Shown here one piece after another: positions 44,720 to 55,133 of a stretch of 64,000 bases of DNA. The notes under the pieces were generated by a model. That model searched no databases, was not told where the DNA came from, and worked only from the letters and a program-made list of their open reading frames with translations. Source of the stretch: Actinomycetota bacterium (lineage in GTDB: Bacteria > Actinomycetota > Aquicultoria > Aquicultorales > JAMCWL01); contig JAMCWL010000004.1 in NCBI GenBank assembly GCA_023481285.1, forward strand, positions 6,115 through 70,114. The letters run 5' to 3'. The translations under genes and the position numbers were made by a program. Within the stretch, counting starts at the first letter, position 1; every line of letters starts with the position of its first letter.

Positions 44720-45753
44720 GGATGCGCTACTCGGCAGCGACGGATATCGGCGGACGCCGATCGGTTAATGAAGATTCTTTTCTGGCGGATGGGCGCATCT
44801 TCGCCGTCGCGGACGGCATGGGCGGGCACCTTGCCGGGGAGGTGGCAAGCAATATAGCGGTCGATTGCTTGCGTGACATCGGGGCGTCACGCAGTTTAGA
44901 AAGGGCCCTGATCGACCGATTTGGAAGGGCAAATGAGATCATTTTCGACCGCGCCCGCTCCAATAAGGAAAGGCAGGGGATGGGGACGACCCTTACCGCC
45001 TGTGTCGCCGAGGGAAGGCGCCTCTACATCGCCCATGTCGGCGATTCCCGACTTTACCGGCTGAGGGCCGGTCGACTAAGGCAATTAACGAAAGATCATT
45101 CCCTAGTCGCTCAGATGATCGAAAGGGGGCACCTTAAGCCGGAGGAGGCCGCCGACCATCCACAGCGAAGCGTCATCACGAGAGCCCTGGGAGCCTCCGC
45201 CGAAATAAGAGTCGACGTCAAGGTCAAAGAGATGCTCCGTGGAGATCGCTATCTACTCGCCACGGATGGGCTGGCGATAGCGGCGACCGACGAAGAGGTC
45301 GCCTCGATAATCGCATCCGAAGAAGAGCTCGATTCGATCGCGGCAAAGCTCATAGCCTTAGCGAACTCGCGAGGCGGCGCGGACAACGTGACGGTGGTCG
45401 TCTTTGAGCCGGGATCCCTGCCGGCCGCTCCTCGGGTGGGTCGCATCACTAAAGCGATCGGGGCATTCCTGGCGGTCGCTATCTTGGCCATCGGCAGCTC
45501 GATGGCTTGGCGCTATCTTTCAAGTGGTTTTTATCTAGGAGAGTACGGTGGCCGGGTCGCCGTCTATCGAGGTGTTCCGGGTAGCTTCGCCGGCTTTAGC
45601 TTAAGAACCCTCATCAAAGAGACGGATGTGAAAATAGATGGGCTTCCCGCCCCGAACCGGGAGCGCCTTTCAAGGGGCATGCCGGTAAAGAGCCTTAAAG
45701 ATGCGGAAAGGGCGGTTGAGGATCTCGCCACCCTCACCCGGGAGAAGCGATGA
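44716..45753 (+). CDS. pstP: PP2C-family Ser/Thr phosphatase with a C-terminal TM segment
   Basis: NEDSF, VADGMGGH, DGL motifs. TM AIGAFLAVAILAIGSSMAW. Confidence 0.9.
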   Translation: MRMRYSAATDIGGRRSVNEDSFLADGRIFAVADGMGGHLAGEVASNIAVDCLRDIGASRSLERALIDRFGRANEIIFDRARSNKERQGMGTTLTACVAEGRRLYIAHVGDSRLYRLRAGRLRQLTKDHSLVAQMIERGHLKPEEAADHPQRSVITRALGASAEIRVDVKVKEMLRGDRYLLATDGLAIAATDEEVASIIASEEELDSIAAKLIALANSRGGADNVTVVVFEPGSLPAAPRVGRITKAIGAFLAVAILAIGSSMAWRYLSSGFYLGEYGGRVAVYRGVPGSFAGFSLRTLIKETDVKIDGLPAPNRERLSRGMPVKSLKDAERAVEDLATLTREKR

Positions 45754-47006
45754 GCCGCAGGCGCGAGTTGCTCGCCCTCATCGTCGCGTTAGCCATAAAC
45801 GCCCTCGCCTTTCTCCTTATCGGACTCGGGAAGAGGGGGGCCGTCGATATCGCCGGACTTCGCCTGGCTGTCTATCTGGCCATGATTTTTGTCGCGCTGC
45901 ATTTGGTCATCAAGTGGCGCGTACCCGAAGCCGAACAGGTCTTCTTGCCGGTCGTCGCCCTGCTCTCCGGCCTGGGTGCGGCCGCCGTTTACCGGATAGA
46001 TCCAGCCCTCGGCCGGGCGCAGGTCGTCTGGGTGGCCATCGGGGCCACGGCCGCCGTTCTCGCGATAATCCTGATCCGCCGCTATGTCGAGCTCAAGAGG
46101 TACAAATACACCTTCGCCCTGGCGGGTCTGGCGCTCCTTCTTGCGCCGATTTTTCTCGGTCGTGACCATTACGGGGCCAAACTCTGGCTTCAACTGGGTC
46201 CCCTCTCCTTCCAACCGGCGGAACTTGCGAAGGTGTTCATGGTCGTCTTTTTCGCCGCTTACCTTGAAGAGAAGAGAGAGCTCCTCTCCGTCTCGACAAA
46301 GCGGTTCATGGGGGTATGGATCCCCGAGATAAAGCATCTAGGCCCCCTCGTCATGATGTGGGTCGTCTCCTTGGCCGTGCTTGTCTTCGAGCGCGACCTC
46401 GGGACCTCCCTTCTTTTCTTCGGCGCTTTCTTGATTATGCTCTACGTCGCGACCGGCAGGCCGGTCTATACGCTTATCGGTTCGCTCCTTTTTCTGGCGG
46501 GCGCGGCGGCGGCCTATTCTCTCTTCTGGCACGTAAAGGTCCGAGTCGATATCTGGCTCAACCCCTGGGTGGATCCTAAAGGGGTCGGCTACCAGCTTAT
46601 CCAGTCGCTCATAGCGATCTCCTCCGGCGGGCTCACCGGGGCGGGGCTTGGCCGAGGCTACCCCGATTTTATCCCGGCCGTCCATACCGACTTTATCTTC
46701 TCGGCCATCGCCGAGGAGCTTGGCCTGGTCGGCGCTTTGGCCATCCTGCTCGCCTACATTATCCTCATGGCCCGCGGCTTTAAGACGGCGCTGGCGTCTA
46801 GCGAGGATTTCGGTAAGCTCCTTGCAGCCGGCCTCACCGGCGTCTTCGCTCTCCAGGCGGCCATTATCATCGCCGGCATCAGCCGGGTAATCCCGTTGAC
46901 CGGCATCACGCTGCCTTTTGTGAGCTACGGTGGAAGCTCCATTCTTGCCAATTTCATTCTTGTCTCCGTCATAGTTGAAATCTCTTCGTCGAGGAGGCCC
47001 GCGTGA
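45750..47006 (+). CDS. rodA: SEDS-family peptidoglycan glycosyltransferase (FtsW/RodA)
   Basis: 418 aa polytopic protein. LQPAELAK, PEIKHLG...TDFIFSAIAEELG motifs. Confidence 0.9.
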   Translation: MSRRRELLALIVALAINALAFLLIGLGKRGAVDIAGLRLAVYLAMIFVALHLVIKWRVPEAEQVFLPVVALLSGLGAAAVYRIDPALGRAQVVWVAIGATAAVLAIILIRRYVELKRYKYTFALAGLALLLAPIFLGRDHYGAKLWLQLGPLSFQPAELAKVFMVVFFAAYLEEKRELLSVSTKRFMGVWIPEIKHLGPLVMMWVVSLAVLVFERDLGTSLLFFGAFLIMLYVATGRPVYTLIGSLLFLAGAAAAYSLFWHVKVRVDIWLNPWVDPKGVGYQLIQSLIAISSGGLTGAGLGRGYPDFIPAVHTDFIFSAIAEELGLVGALAILLAYIILMARGFKTALASSEDFGKLLAAGLTGVFALQAAIIIAGISRVIPLTGITLPFVSYGGSSILANFILVSVIVEISSSRRPA

Positions 47007-48394
47007 ACGAGCGTATTCGCCGAATGACGGCGCTCCTGGCGGGCCTCTTCGTCATTCTCGCCGGACAACTCGCCTATCTGCAGGTCGTCGCAGCGAACCG
47101 GCTCGTCGCAGACGAAAACAATGGGAGAGCGCTAGTCCAAGAGCGGCGCTTTAGGCGCGGCGCGATCTTGTCCGCCGAAGGCCATGTCGTCGCGGAGAGC
47201 CGCGCAAGCAGTGATGGCTTCGACCGCCGCTACCCCCTTGGCGATCTCTTTGCAAACGTCGCTGGCTTTTCGAGTGACCGCTATGGCCGGAGCGGGATAG
47301 AGTTGTCGGCCAACGAGTACTTGATGACCAGATTGAGAGCTTCCTCTCTTCGCGAGTATATAAACCAGCTAGCCGGCGGTGAACTCGCCGGCGATGACAT
47401 CTACCTGACCGTTTCGGAGCGCTTGCAGGAGATCGCGACGAGAGCGCTCGGGAAGCGAAAGGGCGCCGTCGTCGCTCTCGATCCGGAGACTGGCGATCTG
47501 CTCGCCCTTGTCAGCTACCCCACTTATGATTCCAATAAGATCGATTCCGCTTTTGCATCGCTCCGGAGCGACCCGGACGCTCCTCTGATCAACCGGGCAA
47601 CCCAGGGGCTCTATCCGCCGGGGTCGACATTCAAGATCGTTACCGCCGCCGCCGCTCTCGAAAAAGGAGTCGCCACACCCGGTTCAATCTACGATGGGCC
47701 AGCCGAGCTCTATGTCTCCGGCGGCAAGGTGGTGAACTTCGACAGCCAGGAGCTCGGGAGAATGACGCTTGATAAGGCGTTTGCGGGCTCCGTCAATACG
47801 GTTTTCGCAAAGATAGGCCTCGACGTAGGCGACGATCTCGTGGGCTACGCTCAGCGCTTTGGCTTCGGCCAAGCACTCCCCATCAGACTGCCAGCCTCCA
47901 CAAGCAGGATCCCGTCGCCGGGCGAAATGGACAAGTTAGCGCTTGCCTGGACGTCCGTTGGGCAGGCCCAGCTCGAAGCGACCCCCATGCAAATGGCCCT
48001 CGTCGCTTCGGGGATCGCGAACAAGGGCAAGATAATGGCCCCGCGCCTCATCCGCGAAGCTAGGAGCCCCGAGGGGGCCGTTCGGGAGAGGTTCGCGCCA
48101 ACTCTCTGGCGCCAGGCCGTCTCGGAGAAGACGGCAAAGACCCTCACCACCCTCATGGCTGACGCCGTGGAGGGGGGAACCGGGCGGGCGGCGAGGATTC
48201 CGGGCGTTAAGGTTGCCGGCAAAACTGGGACTGCGGAGACGGCATCGGGGGCTCCCCACGCCTGGTTCGTCGGATTCGCCCCGGCCGACTCGGCAAAAAT
48301 AGCCGTCGCGGTCATTGTCGAGAACGGAGGGCTCGGCGGGAAGACCGCGGCGCCCGTCGCCCGGCAGGTAATCGAGGCCGCCCTCGCCAAATAA
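47003..48394 (+). CDS. pbpA: Class B penicillin-binding protein (transpeptidase)
   Basis: 463 aa. STFK active-site motif (GSTFKIVTAAAAL), SVN, KTGTA. Confidence 0.9.
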   Translation: MNERIRRMTALLAGLFVILAGQLAYLQVVAANRLVADENNGRALVQERRFRRGAILSAEGHVVAESRASSDGFDRRYPLGDLFANVAGFSSDRYGRSGIELSANEYLMTRLRASSLREYINQLAGGELAGDDIYLTVSERLQEIATRALGKRKGAVVALDPETGDLLALVSYPTYDSNKIDSAFASLRSDPDAPLINRATQGLYPPGSTFKIVTAAAALEKGVATPGSIYDGPAELYVSGGKVVNFDSQELGRMTLDKAFAGSVNTVFAKIGLDVGDDLVGYAQRFGFGQALPIRLPASTSRIPSPGEMDKLALAWTSVGQAQLEATPMQMALVASGIANKGKIMAPRLIREARSPEGAVRERFAPTLWRQAVSEKTAKTLTTLMADAVEGGTGRAARIPGVKVAGKTGTAETASGAPHAWFVGFAPADSAKIAVAVIVENGGLGGKTAAPVARQVIEAALAK

Positions 48395-48454
48395 GAGAGT
48401 GGCTCGTCGCGGACGGTAGATGTCAAAACATGTTAAACTAGAGAGCGAAGAGCA

Positions 48455-50272
48455 ATGGAAGGAAAGATTTTTCAGGATAGATACCGGTTGATAGAGCGAA
48501 TCGGCTCAGGCGGGATGGCCGACGTCTACAAGGCGGAGGATACCGTGCTTTCGAGGACGGTGGCCTTAAAGGTCCTCTACCGCAGTCTGGCCGAAGACCC
48601 CGACTTCGTCGAGCGCTTCCGCCGCGAAGCTAAATCGGCGGCCTCCCTATCTCACCCGAACATCGTCGCGATCTACGATTGGGGCGCCCAAGACTCAACC
48701 TACTTCATCGTTATGGAATATATCGACGGAGAGACGGTCAAAGACCGGGTTCGCCGCGGGGGGGCTCTCCTCCAATCCGAAGCCATTCGCATCGCCAAAG
48801 ATGTCGCCGCGGCTCTCGCCTACGCCCATAAGAAGGGCGTCATCCATCGAGACGTCAAACCCCATAACATCATCTTGACGCTGGAAGGCGAGGTCAAAGT
48901 AACCGACTTTGGCATAGCGAGGGCCGGCACCTCGACGATAACCCAGACCGGCTCAATCCTTGGAACCGCCCACTACATATCGCCCGAGCAGGCCAGAGGA
49001 GAGGAGGTCGGTCAGGCCTCCGATATCTACTCCCTCGGCGTCGTCCTTTACGAGATGCTCACCGGTCATGTCCCGTTCGACGGCGAGAATCCGGTCTCGG
49101 TCGCCCTGAAGCAGATAGAGGAGCGGCCGTTGCTCCCCTCGCTGGTCAACCGGGAGATCACGGTCGATATAGAAAAGGTCGTCATGAAATGTATGGCGAA
49201 AGACCCGTCCTTGCGGTACCAGAACGCCGACGGGATGAGAGACGACCTTTCGAGAGTGGAGGCCGGCTCACCGGTGGCCGCACCGCCAGCCGAGACGACG
49301 ATGGTCATAGCCCAACCCAACCTTAAAAAGCCCAAAGAGAAGAGGAGGCGGGTCGTCGCGATCACCCTGGTCGCGCTCTTTCTCCTGGCGGCGGCATTCG
49401 GGATCGGGTTAGCCATCTTCAGCGTTACAAAACCCCCGCCCGAAGAGAAAATTACTGTTCCAAGAATCACCAGCCTCACCCTTGACCAGGCAAAAGCGAT
49501 TCTCTCAGGCCGTAAGCTTAAGGTGAAGAAGAAGGGCGAGGAGTACTCGGATACGGTTCCCGAGGGTCAGGTCATCAAGCAAAATCCAGCCGACGGCTCT
49601 TCAGTCAAGGAGGGAGATACTATCTCCATCGTCCTCAGTCTTGGGAAGCCCATGATCACCGCGCCCAATGTCGTCGGTGAGACGTCGGACAACGCGACGT
49701 CCAAGCTTATGAAGGCCGGTTTCGAGCCGTCCGGCAATAACGCGTACGAGTATTCGGATAAGATCGGCGTCGGACGGGTCATCTCTCAATTTCCCGAACC
49801 GGGCGAGCCCGTCAGAAAGGGGAGCGCCTTTACGCTGAGAATAAGCAAGGGGCCCGAGACCGTTCAGATCCCCGACGTCTACAACAAGCCGGCCACCGAG
49901 GCGACGGCCACGCTAGATCAAGCCGGATTGAAGGTCACGATAAATGAGGAGTTTAACGACAGCATCGCCGCGGGCGTTGTCATCCGGACGACGCCGCCGG
50001 CCGGAACCCCCGTGAACAAGGGTTCGAAAGTGACCGTCGTCGTCAGCAAGGGCCCGGAGCTCATCGCCGTGCCCCGCGTCATCGGCAAGGGTGAGGCCGA
50101 GGCCAAGACAATTCTGCAGCAAGCGGGCCTTACACCACAAGTCCAGTACATTCCGGGTGCGGCTCAACCGGGGACGGTCTTCGGGCAAGCGCCGAAGGAT
50201 GGCGAGCTCGTTAAGAGGGATACGCTCGTTATCATCTACGTTGGGCAGCCGACGGGGTCCCCGGGGACCTAG
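48455..50272 (+). CDS. pknB: Ser/Thr protein kinase with four extracellular PASTA repeats
   Basis: Hanks kinase motifs (GSGGMADVYKA, HRDVKPHN, DFGIA, SPEQ), a TM near residue 300, then four PASTA-like repeats of about 65 aa. Confidence 0.9.
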   Translation: MEGKIFQDRYRLIERIGSGGMADVYKAEDTVLSRTVALKVLYRSLAEDPDFVERFRREAKSAASLSHPNIVAIYDWGAQDSTYFIVMEYIDGETVKDRVRRGGALLQSEAIRIAKDVAAALAYAHKKGVIHRDVKPHNIILTLEGEVKVTDFGIARAGTSTITQTGSILGTAHYISPEQARGEEVGQASDIYSLGVVLYEMLTGHVPFDGENPVSVALKQIEERPLLPSLVNREITVDIEKVVMKCMAKDPSLRYQNADGMRDDLSRVEAGSPVAAPPAETTMVIAQPNLKKPKEKRRRVVAITLVALFLLAAAFGIGLAIFSVTKPPPEEKITVPRITSLTLDQAKAILSGRKLKVKKKGEEYSDTVPEGQVIKQNPADGSSVKEGDTISIVLSLGKPMITAPNVVGETSDNATSKLMKAGFEPSGNNAYEYSDKIGVGRVISQFPEPGEPVRKGSAFTLRISKGPETVQIPDVYNKPATEATATLDQAGLKVTINEEFNDSIAAGVVIRTTPPAGTPVNKGSKVTVVVSKGPELIAVPRVIGKGEAEAKTILQQAGLTPQVQYIPGAAQPGTVFGQAPKDGELVKRDTLVIIYVGQPTGSPGT

Positions 50273-50302
50273 TCCACTCGGGCGGTTCGCGAACCGCCCC
50301 TA

Positions 50303-50824
50303 CTAATAATTCACCGCCTTGATTTCATAGAATGACTTTGGGTGTAGGCAGGCCGGGCAGACCTCGGGCGCCTCGGTACCCTCGTAGATGAAGCCGCAGT
50401 TCCGGCAGAGCCACTTTACGGGCGTCCCCCGCCGAAAGACCTTTGCTTCTTTAATGTTGGCCAGAAGGGCCTTGAACCTCTCTTCGTGTGCCTGCTCGAT
50501 CGTCGCCACCCTTTGGAAGAAATCGGCGATCTCGTCGAGACCCTCTTCCCTTGCCGTCCTCTCGAACTCCGGGTACATCTCCGTCCACTCACCATGCTCG
50601 CCGTCGACGGCCGCCTCGAGGTTCGTCCTGGTATCGCCAAGCTCCTTAAGAAACGTGAGCGCTATCTTCGCATGCTCCTTCTCGTTTTCGGCCGTCTCCC
50701 GGAAGATGGCCGCGATCTGCTCGTACCCCTCCCTTCTGGCGATGCTCGCGAAGTAGGTGTACTTATTGCGGGCCTGGCTTTCGCCGGCAAACGCCTTGCG
50801 TAGATTCTCGCGCGTCTTTTCCAC
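50303..50824 (-). CDS. rbr: Rubrerythrin
   Basis: Di-iron ExxH motifs (FAGESQARNKY, EKEHAK, EQAHEERF) and a C-terminal rubredoxin-like CRNCG...CPAC. Start set at the GTG at 50824, 5 nt after GGAGGAGG. Confidence 0.9.
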   Translation of the reverse strand: MEKTRENLRKAFAGESQARNKYTYFASIARREGYEQIAAIFRETAENEKEHAKIALTFLKELGDTRTNLEAAVDGEHGEWTEMYPEFERTAREEGLDEIADFFQRVATIEQAHEERFKALLANIKEAKVFRRGTPVKWLCRNCGFIYEGTEAPEVCPACLHPKSFYEIKAVNY

Positions 50825-50928
50825 CAAAGCCTCCTCCGTTCTTAAAGGTAACAAAACCAATTATAGCATCGCACCACCCGTCGGCGTTTGTTTATCGCCA
50901 TCAAAAGCGGGAAAAAATTAAATCTAAT

Positions 50929-50941
50929 GCAACTAAGTTGC
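50929..50941. promoter_or_regulatory. Palindromic Fur-family box candidate
   Basis: GCAACT-A-AGTTGC is a perfect 6-1-6 palindrome inside an AT-rich imperfect larger palindrome, 17 nt upstream of the Fur-family gene. Confidence 0.45.
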
Positions 50942-50957
50942 GATAAGATAAATAGTT

Positions 50958-51392
50958 ATGAAGCGCAGTTTTTACGACGGCATTATTAGGGACTTGAAAG
51001 ATCAGGGTTTTCGCCTGACCAAAGTACGCATGGCAATCATTGAGGAGCTTGACCGCGCAAAAAAACCGCTTTCCGCGGGTGAGCTTATCGGATTATTGAA
51101 AAAGCGCGGTCTTGGCCCGCACAAGACCTCGGTCTACCGCGAGATTGCCTTCATGCTCGAGCAAGAGATCATCAATAGGCTTTCCTTTGGAGAGCGACAG
51201 GACAGATTTGAGCTCGCGGCGCTCGAGCATCACCATCACGCGATCTGTAAAGTCTGCGGGGAGATCGAAGATATCGCATGCAGCGAGGGGATTCGGCAGA
51301 TAGAAGAGATGCTTGGCAAGCAAAAATTCAAGGTGAGCGGTCACCTCATTGAATTCTTCGGGCTTTGTACGAGCTGCCAACAGAGCAGTTGA
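50958..51392 (+). CDS. Fur-family metalloregulator (Zur-like by context)
   Basis: 144 aa. wHTH, HHHHAICxxCG...CxxC metal sites. First gene of the metal ABC importer operon. Confidence 0.85.
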   Translation: MKRSFYDGIIRDLKDQGFRLTKVRMAIIEELDRAKKPLSAGELIGLLKKRGLGPHKTSVYREIAFMLEQEIINRLSFGERQDRFELAALEHHHHAICKVCGEIEDIACSEGIRQIEEMLGKQKFKVSGHLIEFFGLCTSCQQSS

Positions 51393-51396
51393 AAGG

Positions 51397-52341
51397 ATGC
51401 AAGAGGAGCGGGGTTTGAATAAGCGTTTCTTTGTGGCGGCGGGGATTTTAGTAGCCGCAATCGTATTCGCCGGTATTGTCTTCGCCAACCTATCCAAAAA
51501 GGGTTCGGAAGAAAAGGTTGCGGTCGCCGCCAGCTTCTATACGCTGGCCGAGTTTGCGCGCCAGGTCGGCGGCGACAAGGTCACCGTGAAAACGGTCACC
51601 CCGGCCGGCGTCGAACCCCATGATTTTGAGCCCTCTCCGAAAGATATCGTTTCGCTACAGAAGTCAAAGGTATTCATCTACTCGGGGACCGGCTTCGAGC
51701 CTTGGGCCGATAAAGTGCTGCCCGATTTAAGGGACGTCGCCGTCGTCAACGCGAGCAAGAGCATCTCTTTGCTGAAAGCCGTTCCCGAGGAAGATGAGGC
51801 CGAGAAAGAAAAGGCGGTGACCGATGGGCACTTTTACCTAGACCCCGCGCTCGCACAGCAGGTAGTTAGAAACATCGCCGAAAAGCTCGGCGGGGTCGAC
51901 CCAAGCGGCAAAAGCTTCTATGAGAAAAACGCCGGCGCATACATCGAAAAGCTAGCCATGCTCGACAAGGAGTTCCAAGAAGGCCTTAAGAGCCGCCGGA
52001 GAAACGAGATTATCACTTCGCACACAGCCTTCGCCTACCTCGCAAAGCGCTATAACTTCCGCCAGGTCCCGATCGCCGGCCTGGCGGAGGAGGAGCCTTC
52101 TCCGGCAAAGCTTGCCGAGGTTGCGAAGTTCGCCAGGGATAACAAGGTCAAGTACGTCTTTTTCGAAACTCTGACAAGCCCCAGGTTATCCGAGACCGTC
52201 GCCAAGGAAATCGGCGCAAAAACGCTCGTTCTAAACCCGCTTGAGGGTCTCACGCCGGAAGAGCAAAGGGAAGGAAAGAATTATATGAGCGTGATGCGAG
52301 AGAACTTGAAGAATTTGCGCGTCGCATTGGAGGGCGAGTAA
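51397..52341 (+). CDS. Metal (Zn/Mn) ABC transporter substrate-binding protein, ZnuA/TroA family
   Basis: Signal anchor FFVAAGILVAAIVFAG, EPHDFEPSP motif, an acidic/His loop, YFETL. Start at MQEERG (51397). Confidence 0.85.
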   Translation: MQEERGLNKRFFVAAGILVAAIVFAGIVFANLSKKGSEEKVAVAASFYTLAEFARQVGGDKVTVKTVTPAGVEPHDFEPSPKDIVSLQKSKVFIYSGTGFEPWADKVLPDLRDVAVVNASKSISLLKAVPEEDEAEKEKAVTDGHFYLDPALAQQVVRNIAEKLGGVDPSGKSFYEKNAGAYIEKLAMLDKEFQEGLKSRRRNEIITSHTAFAYLAKRYNFRQVPIAGLAEEEPSPAKLAEVAKFARDNKVKYVFFETLTSPRLSETVAKEIGAKTLVLNPLEGLTPEEQREGKNYMSVMRENLKNLRVALEGE

Positions 52342-52345
52342 GAAC

Positions 52346-53095
52346 ATGGCGATAATCGAGCTTGACGAGATAAGTTTCAGCTATAGTGGCGAGCCGGTAT
52401 TGCATGACATCAGCTTCGCCATCGAAAAAGGGGCGTACGCCGGCGTAATCGGCCCTAACGGTGGCGGGAAAACGACCCTTCTGCATGTAATCTTAGGGCT
52501 TCGTTCGCCGAATTCCGGCTCGGTGAAGCTGTTTGGGGGCGATATCGCCGCCTTTAAAGATTGGACGAAAATAGGCTACCTGCCGCAGCGGGCGGCGCAC
52601 ATCGACGGGCGCTTTCCAATCACGGCTTATGAGGTGGTGAGCCATGGTCGGGTTGCCAAAGCCGGCCTCTTCAGGCGGTTTTCGGCGGCCGACCATGAAG
52701 CGATCGATCATGCGCTTGAAATAAGCGACGTCTCCCACCTTGTAAACAGGCTGATCTCCGATCTCTCCGGCGGCGAGAGGCAGCGCGTCTTCATCGCGCG
52801 CGCTCTGTCAAGCGAACCCGAAGTCTTGATCTTAGACGAGCCCGCGGCGGGCGTCGACGTGGGTTCTCAGAGCAAGTTCTACGGGTTTTTGCAGGAGCTT
52901 AATAAGAAGCACGGGATAACCATCGTTTTTGTCTCGCACGATCTCGACATTATCGCGCATGAGGCAAGCCAGCTCATCTGCATCAACCGAAGCCTCGTAT
53001 GCGAGGGGCCGGTGAGTCTCATCTTTCACGAAAAAAGGGCCGTCTTGGAGAGCATTTACGGTGAGAGCGTCAGGCTCATGCTCAACGAGAAATAA
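52346..53095 (+). CDS. Metal ABC transporter ATP-binding protein
   Basis: Walker A GPNGGGKTT, signature LSGGERQR, Walker B ILDEP. Confidence 0.9.
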   Translation: MAIIELDEISFSYSGEPVLHDISFAIEKGAYAGVIGPNGGGKTTLLHVILGLRSPNSGSVKLFGGDIAAFKDWTKIGYLPQRAAHIDGRFPITAYEVVSHGRVAKAGLFRRFSAADHEAIDHALEISDVSHLVNRLISDLSGGERQRVFIARALSSEPEVLILDEPAAGVDVGSQSKFYGFLQELNKKHGITIVFVSHDLDIIAHEASQLICINRSLVCEGPVSLIFHEKRAVLESIYGESVRLMLNEK

Positions 53096-53105
53096 GGGGG
53101 CGAAG

Positions 53106-53903
53106 ATGCCAGAGATTTTCAACTACGATTTCATGATTCGCGCCTTTATGGTGGGAGCGCTTGTAGGCATTATCGCCCCGGTCATAGGCATGTTTCTGAT
53201 CGTCAAGCGTTACTCGCTTTTCGCCGATACGTTGGCGCACGTTTCACTTCTCGGTGTTGCCGTAAGCGTCCTTGCCGGCACACAGCCCGTCGCATCGGCG
53301 GTTGCGCTTGCCGCCCTCGGCGCAATCGGAATCGACCGGCTGCAGGCGCGAACGAAAGTCTACGGGGAGTCGGTACTGGCGCTCTTCTTGTCGGGCAGTC
53401 TCGCCGTTGCAACCGTTCTATTCGGCCTTTCCCGGGGCTTCAACGCAAATCTCTTGAACCTTTTGTTCGGCAGCATCGCCACGGTTCAGCCTTTGGATCT
53501 CTATTTTGTGGCGGCATTGGGCGTAGTGGTGCTATCGCTTGCCTACTTGCTTTTCAAGGAGTTTTTCTTCATCTCCTTTGACGAAGAGGCCGCCAAGGTA
53601 AGCGGTCTTAAGGTTGAGCGACTTAATCTCGTCTTAATGGTGCTGGCGGCGATAACGGTATCGCTCTCTATCAGAATCGTGGGAGTGCTTCTTATCGGCG
53701 CTCTGATGGTCATACCCGGACTAACCGCCATGCAGTTCAAGAAAAGCTTCAAAGCAACCATACTGCTGGCGGTTGTTTTTTCGCTGCTCTCAGTGATCCT
53801 GGGCCTTTTTCTCTCGTTTTACGCGGGGCTTGCAAGCGGCGGCATCATCGTTGTCATCGCGCTTGCGTTCTTTGTGCTCAGCCTCCTCTTCAAGGAAAAA
53901 TAG
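53106..53903 (+). CDS. Metal ABC transporter permease (ABC-3 family)
   Basis: Start at MPEIFNYDFM after GGGGG RBS. About 8 TM helices typical of ZnuB/TroC. Confidence 0.85.
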   Translation: MPEIFNYDFMIRAFMVGALVGIIAPVIGMFLIVKRYSLFADTLAHVSLLGVAVSVLAGTQPVASAVALAALGAIGIDRLQARTKVYGESVLALFLSGSLAVATVLFGLSRGFNANLLNLLFGSIATVQPLDLYFVAALGVVVLSLAYLLFKEFFFISFDEEAAKVSGLKVERLNLVLMVLAAITVSLSIRIVGVLLIGALMVIPGLTAMQFKKSFKATILLAVVFSLLSVILGLFLSFYAGLASGGIIVVIALAFFVLSLLFKEK

Positions 53904-53930
53904 CTTTGAGCCTTGAGCTATTTATGAGTT

Positions 53931-55133
53931 CTAGGCGATCCGCCGCCGTATGGTCGCCGCCGAGAGGACGACCATCAGTAGAGCAAAACCGATCAGGAAA
54001 GCGATCTCGAACGAGACCTCGCCCAAAGAGTACCCCTTGATCATGATGCCCTTAAGCGCGTTGTTCGCGTGGGTGAGCGGCATCACTTCCGCCAGCCACC
54101 GAAAGTACTTGGGCATCTCCTCGACGGACATGACGATCCCGGAGAGCAAGGCCTGAGGGATGATGACGATCGGGATAAACTGGATCACCTGCAGCTCGTT
54201 CGCGGCGAATGAAGAGAAGAATATCCCCATGTTCACCCCGACGAGCGTGAGCAAAAACTCGACGAGAAAGACTGCGCCGATGTTGCCGATGTAGTGCACT
54301 TTAAGCGCGTAGACTGTATAGAGCATGATTATTGCGACCTGGATCGTCGCGAAAACGATGAAGCCGAGCTGGTAACCGAGGATAATCTCCAAACGGCTGG
54401 CCGGGGAGGACATCAAGCGCTCTATCGTTCCCTGACCCCTCTCCCTTAAGAAAGACACGGAGGTCAAGAGAAAGACGAAGAAGAAGGCGAAGAAGGCGAT
54501 GAACGCCGGGGCGAAGTAGTCGAGGGCATCGAAGTTGTCGCCACCATATCGATAGCCGACATCGATCGACAGCTTGCTGTCGCTCTTACCCTGACTTGCG
54601 AGCGCTTTTTGAACTTTGGCGATCGCGCCCTGGGCCCTCGATGGGTTGGAGCCGTCAACAACGATCGTCGCTTTAGGGCTACCGCCAGACAGCAGCTCTT
54701 TGCTGAAATTGGCTGGAAACTTTAGGACGGCAACCGACTGCCCATCCCGCAGCAGAGAGGGGATCTCCTTCTCGCGCACGACGGTGACGGTCAAATCGCC
54801 GTCGGCTTTGAGAGCGTCTATCGCGCGATCCGACACCTTAACAGGCTTGGGTTTTGGTCTTTCGCCTGGCGCCTTGTTGCCGAGAGCCGGTGGAGACATC
54901 CCCGGAATAACGGGCGGGGGCACTGCGGGTTTAGCGGCGGCCGAGGCCGGTGGAGCAAACGGCTTGTCCTCGTCGACCAGTCCGATCTTAAATGTTGTTT
55001 TGGTCGTTAAAAGAGGTCCCAGTAGCGAGATGACCACTATTGGGACGAAGAAGAGGAGCGTCAGCGTCCGCTTGTCATGTCCAAACTGGCGGATGATGCG
55101 TTGGGCTATCGCTAAGATCCTGGTGCCGCTCAT
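53931..55133 (-). CDS. ABC-2-type exporter permease
   Basis: 400 aa. N-terminal TM, a large Pro/Ala-rich extracytoplasmic insert, and a C-terminal 5-TM ABC-2 core. Confidence 0.8.
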   Translation of the reverse strand: MSGTRILAIAQRIIRQFGHDKRTLTLLFFVPIVVISLLGPLLTTKTTFKIGLVDEDKPFAPPASAAAKPAVPPPVIPGMSPPALGNKAPGERPKPKPVKVSDRAIDALKADGDLTVTVVREKEIPSLLRDGQSVAVLKFPANFSKELLSGGSPKATIVVDGSNPSRAQGAIAKVQKALASQGKSDSKLSIDVGYRYGGDNFDALDYFAPAFIAFFAFFFVFLLTSVSFLRERGQGTIERLMSSPASRLEIILGYQLGFIVFATIQVAIIMLYTVYALKVHYIGNIGAVFLVEFLLTLVGVNMGIFFSSFAANELQVIQFIPIVIIPQALLSGIVMSVEEMPKYFRWLAEVMPLTHANNALKGIMIKGYSLGEVSFEIAFLIGFALLMVVLSAATIRRRIA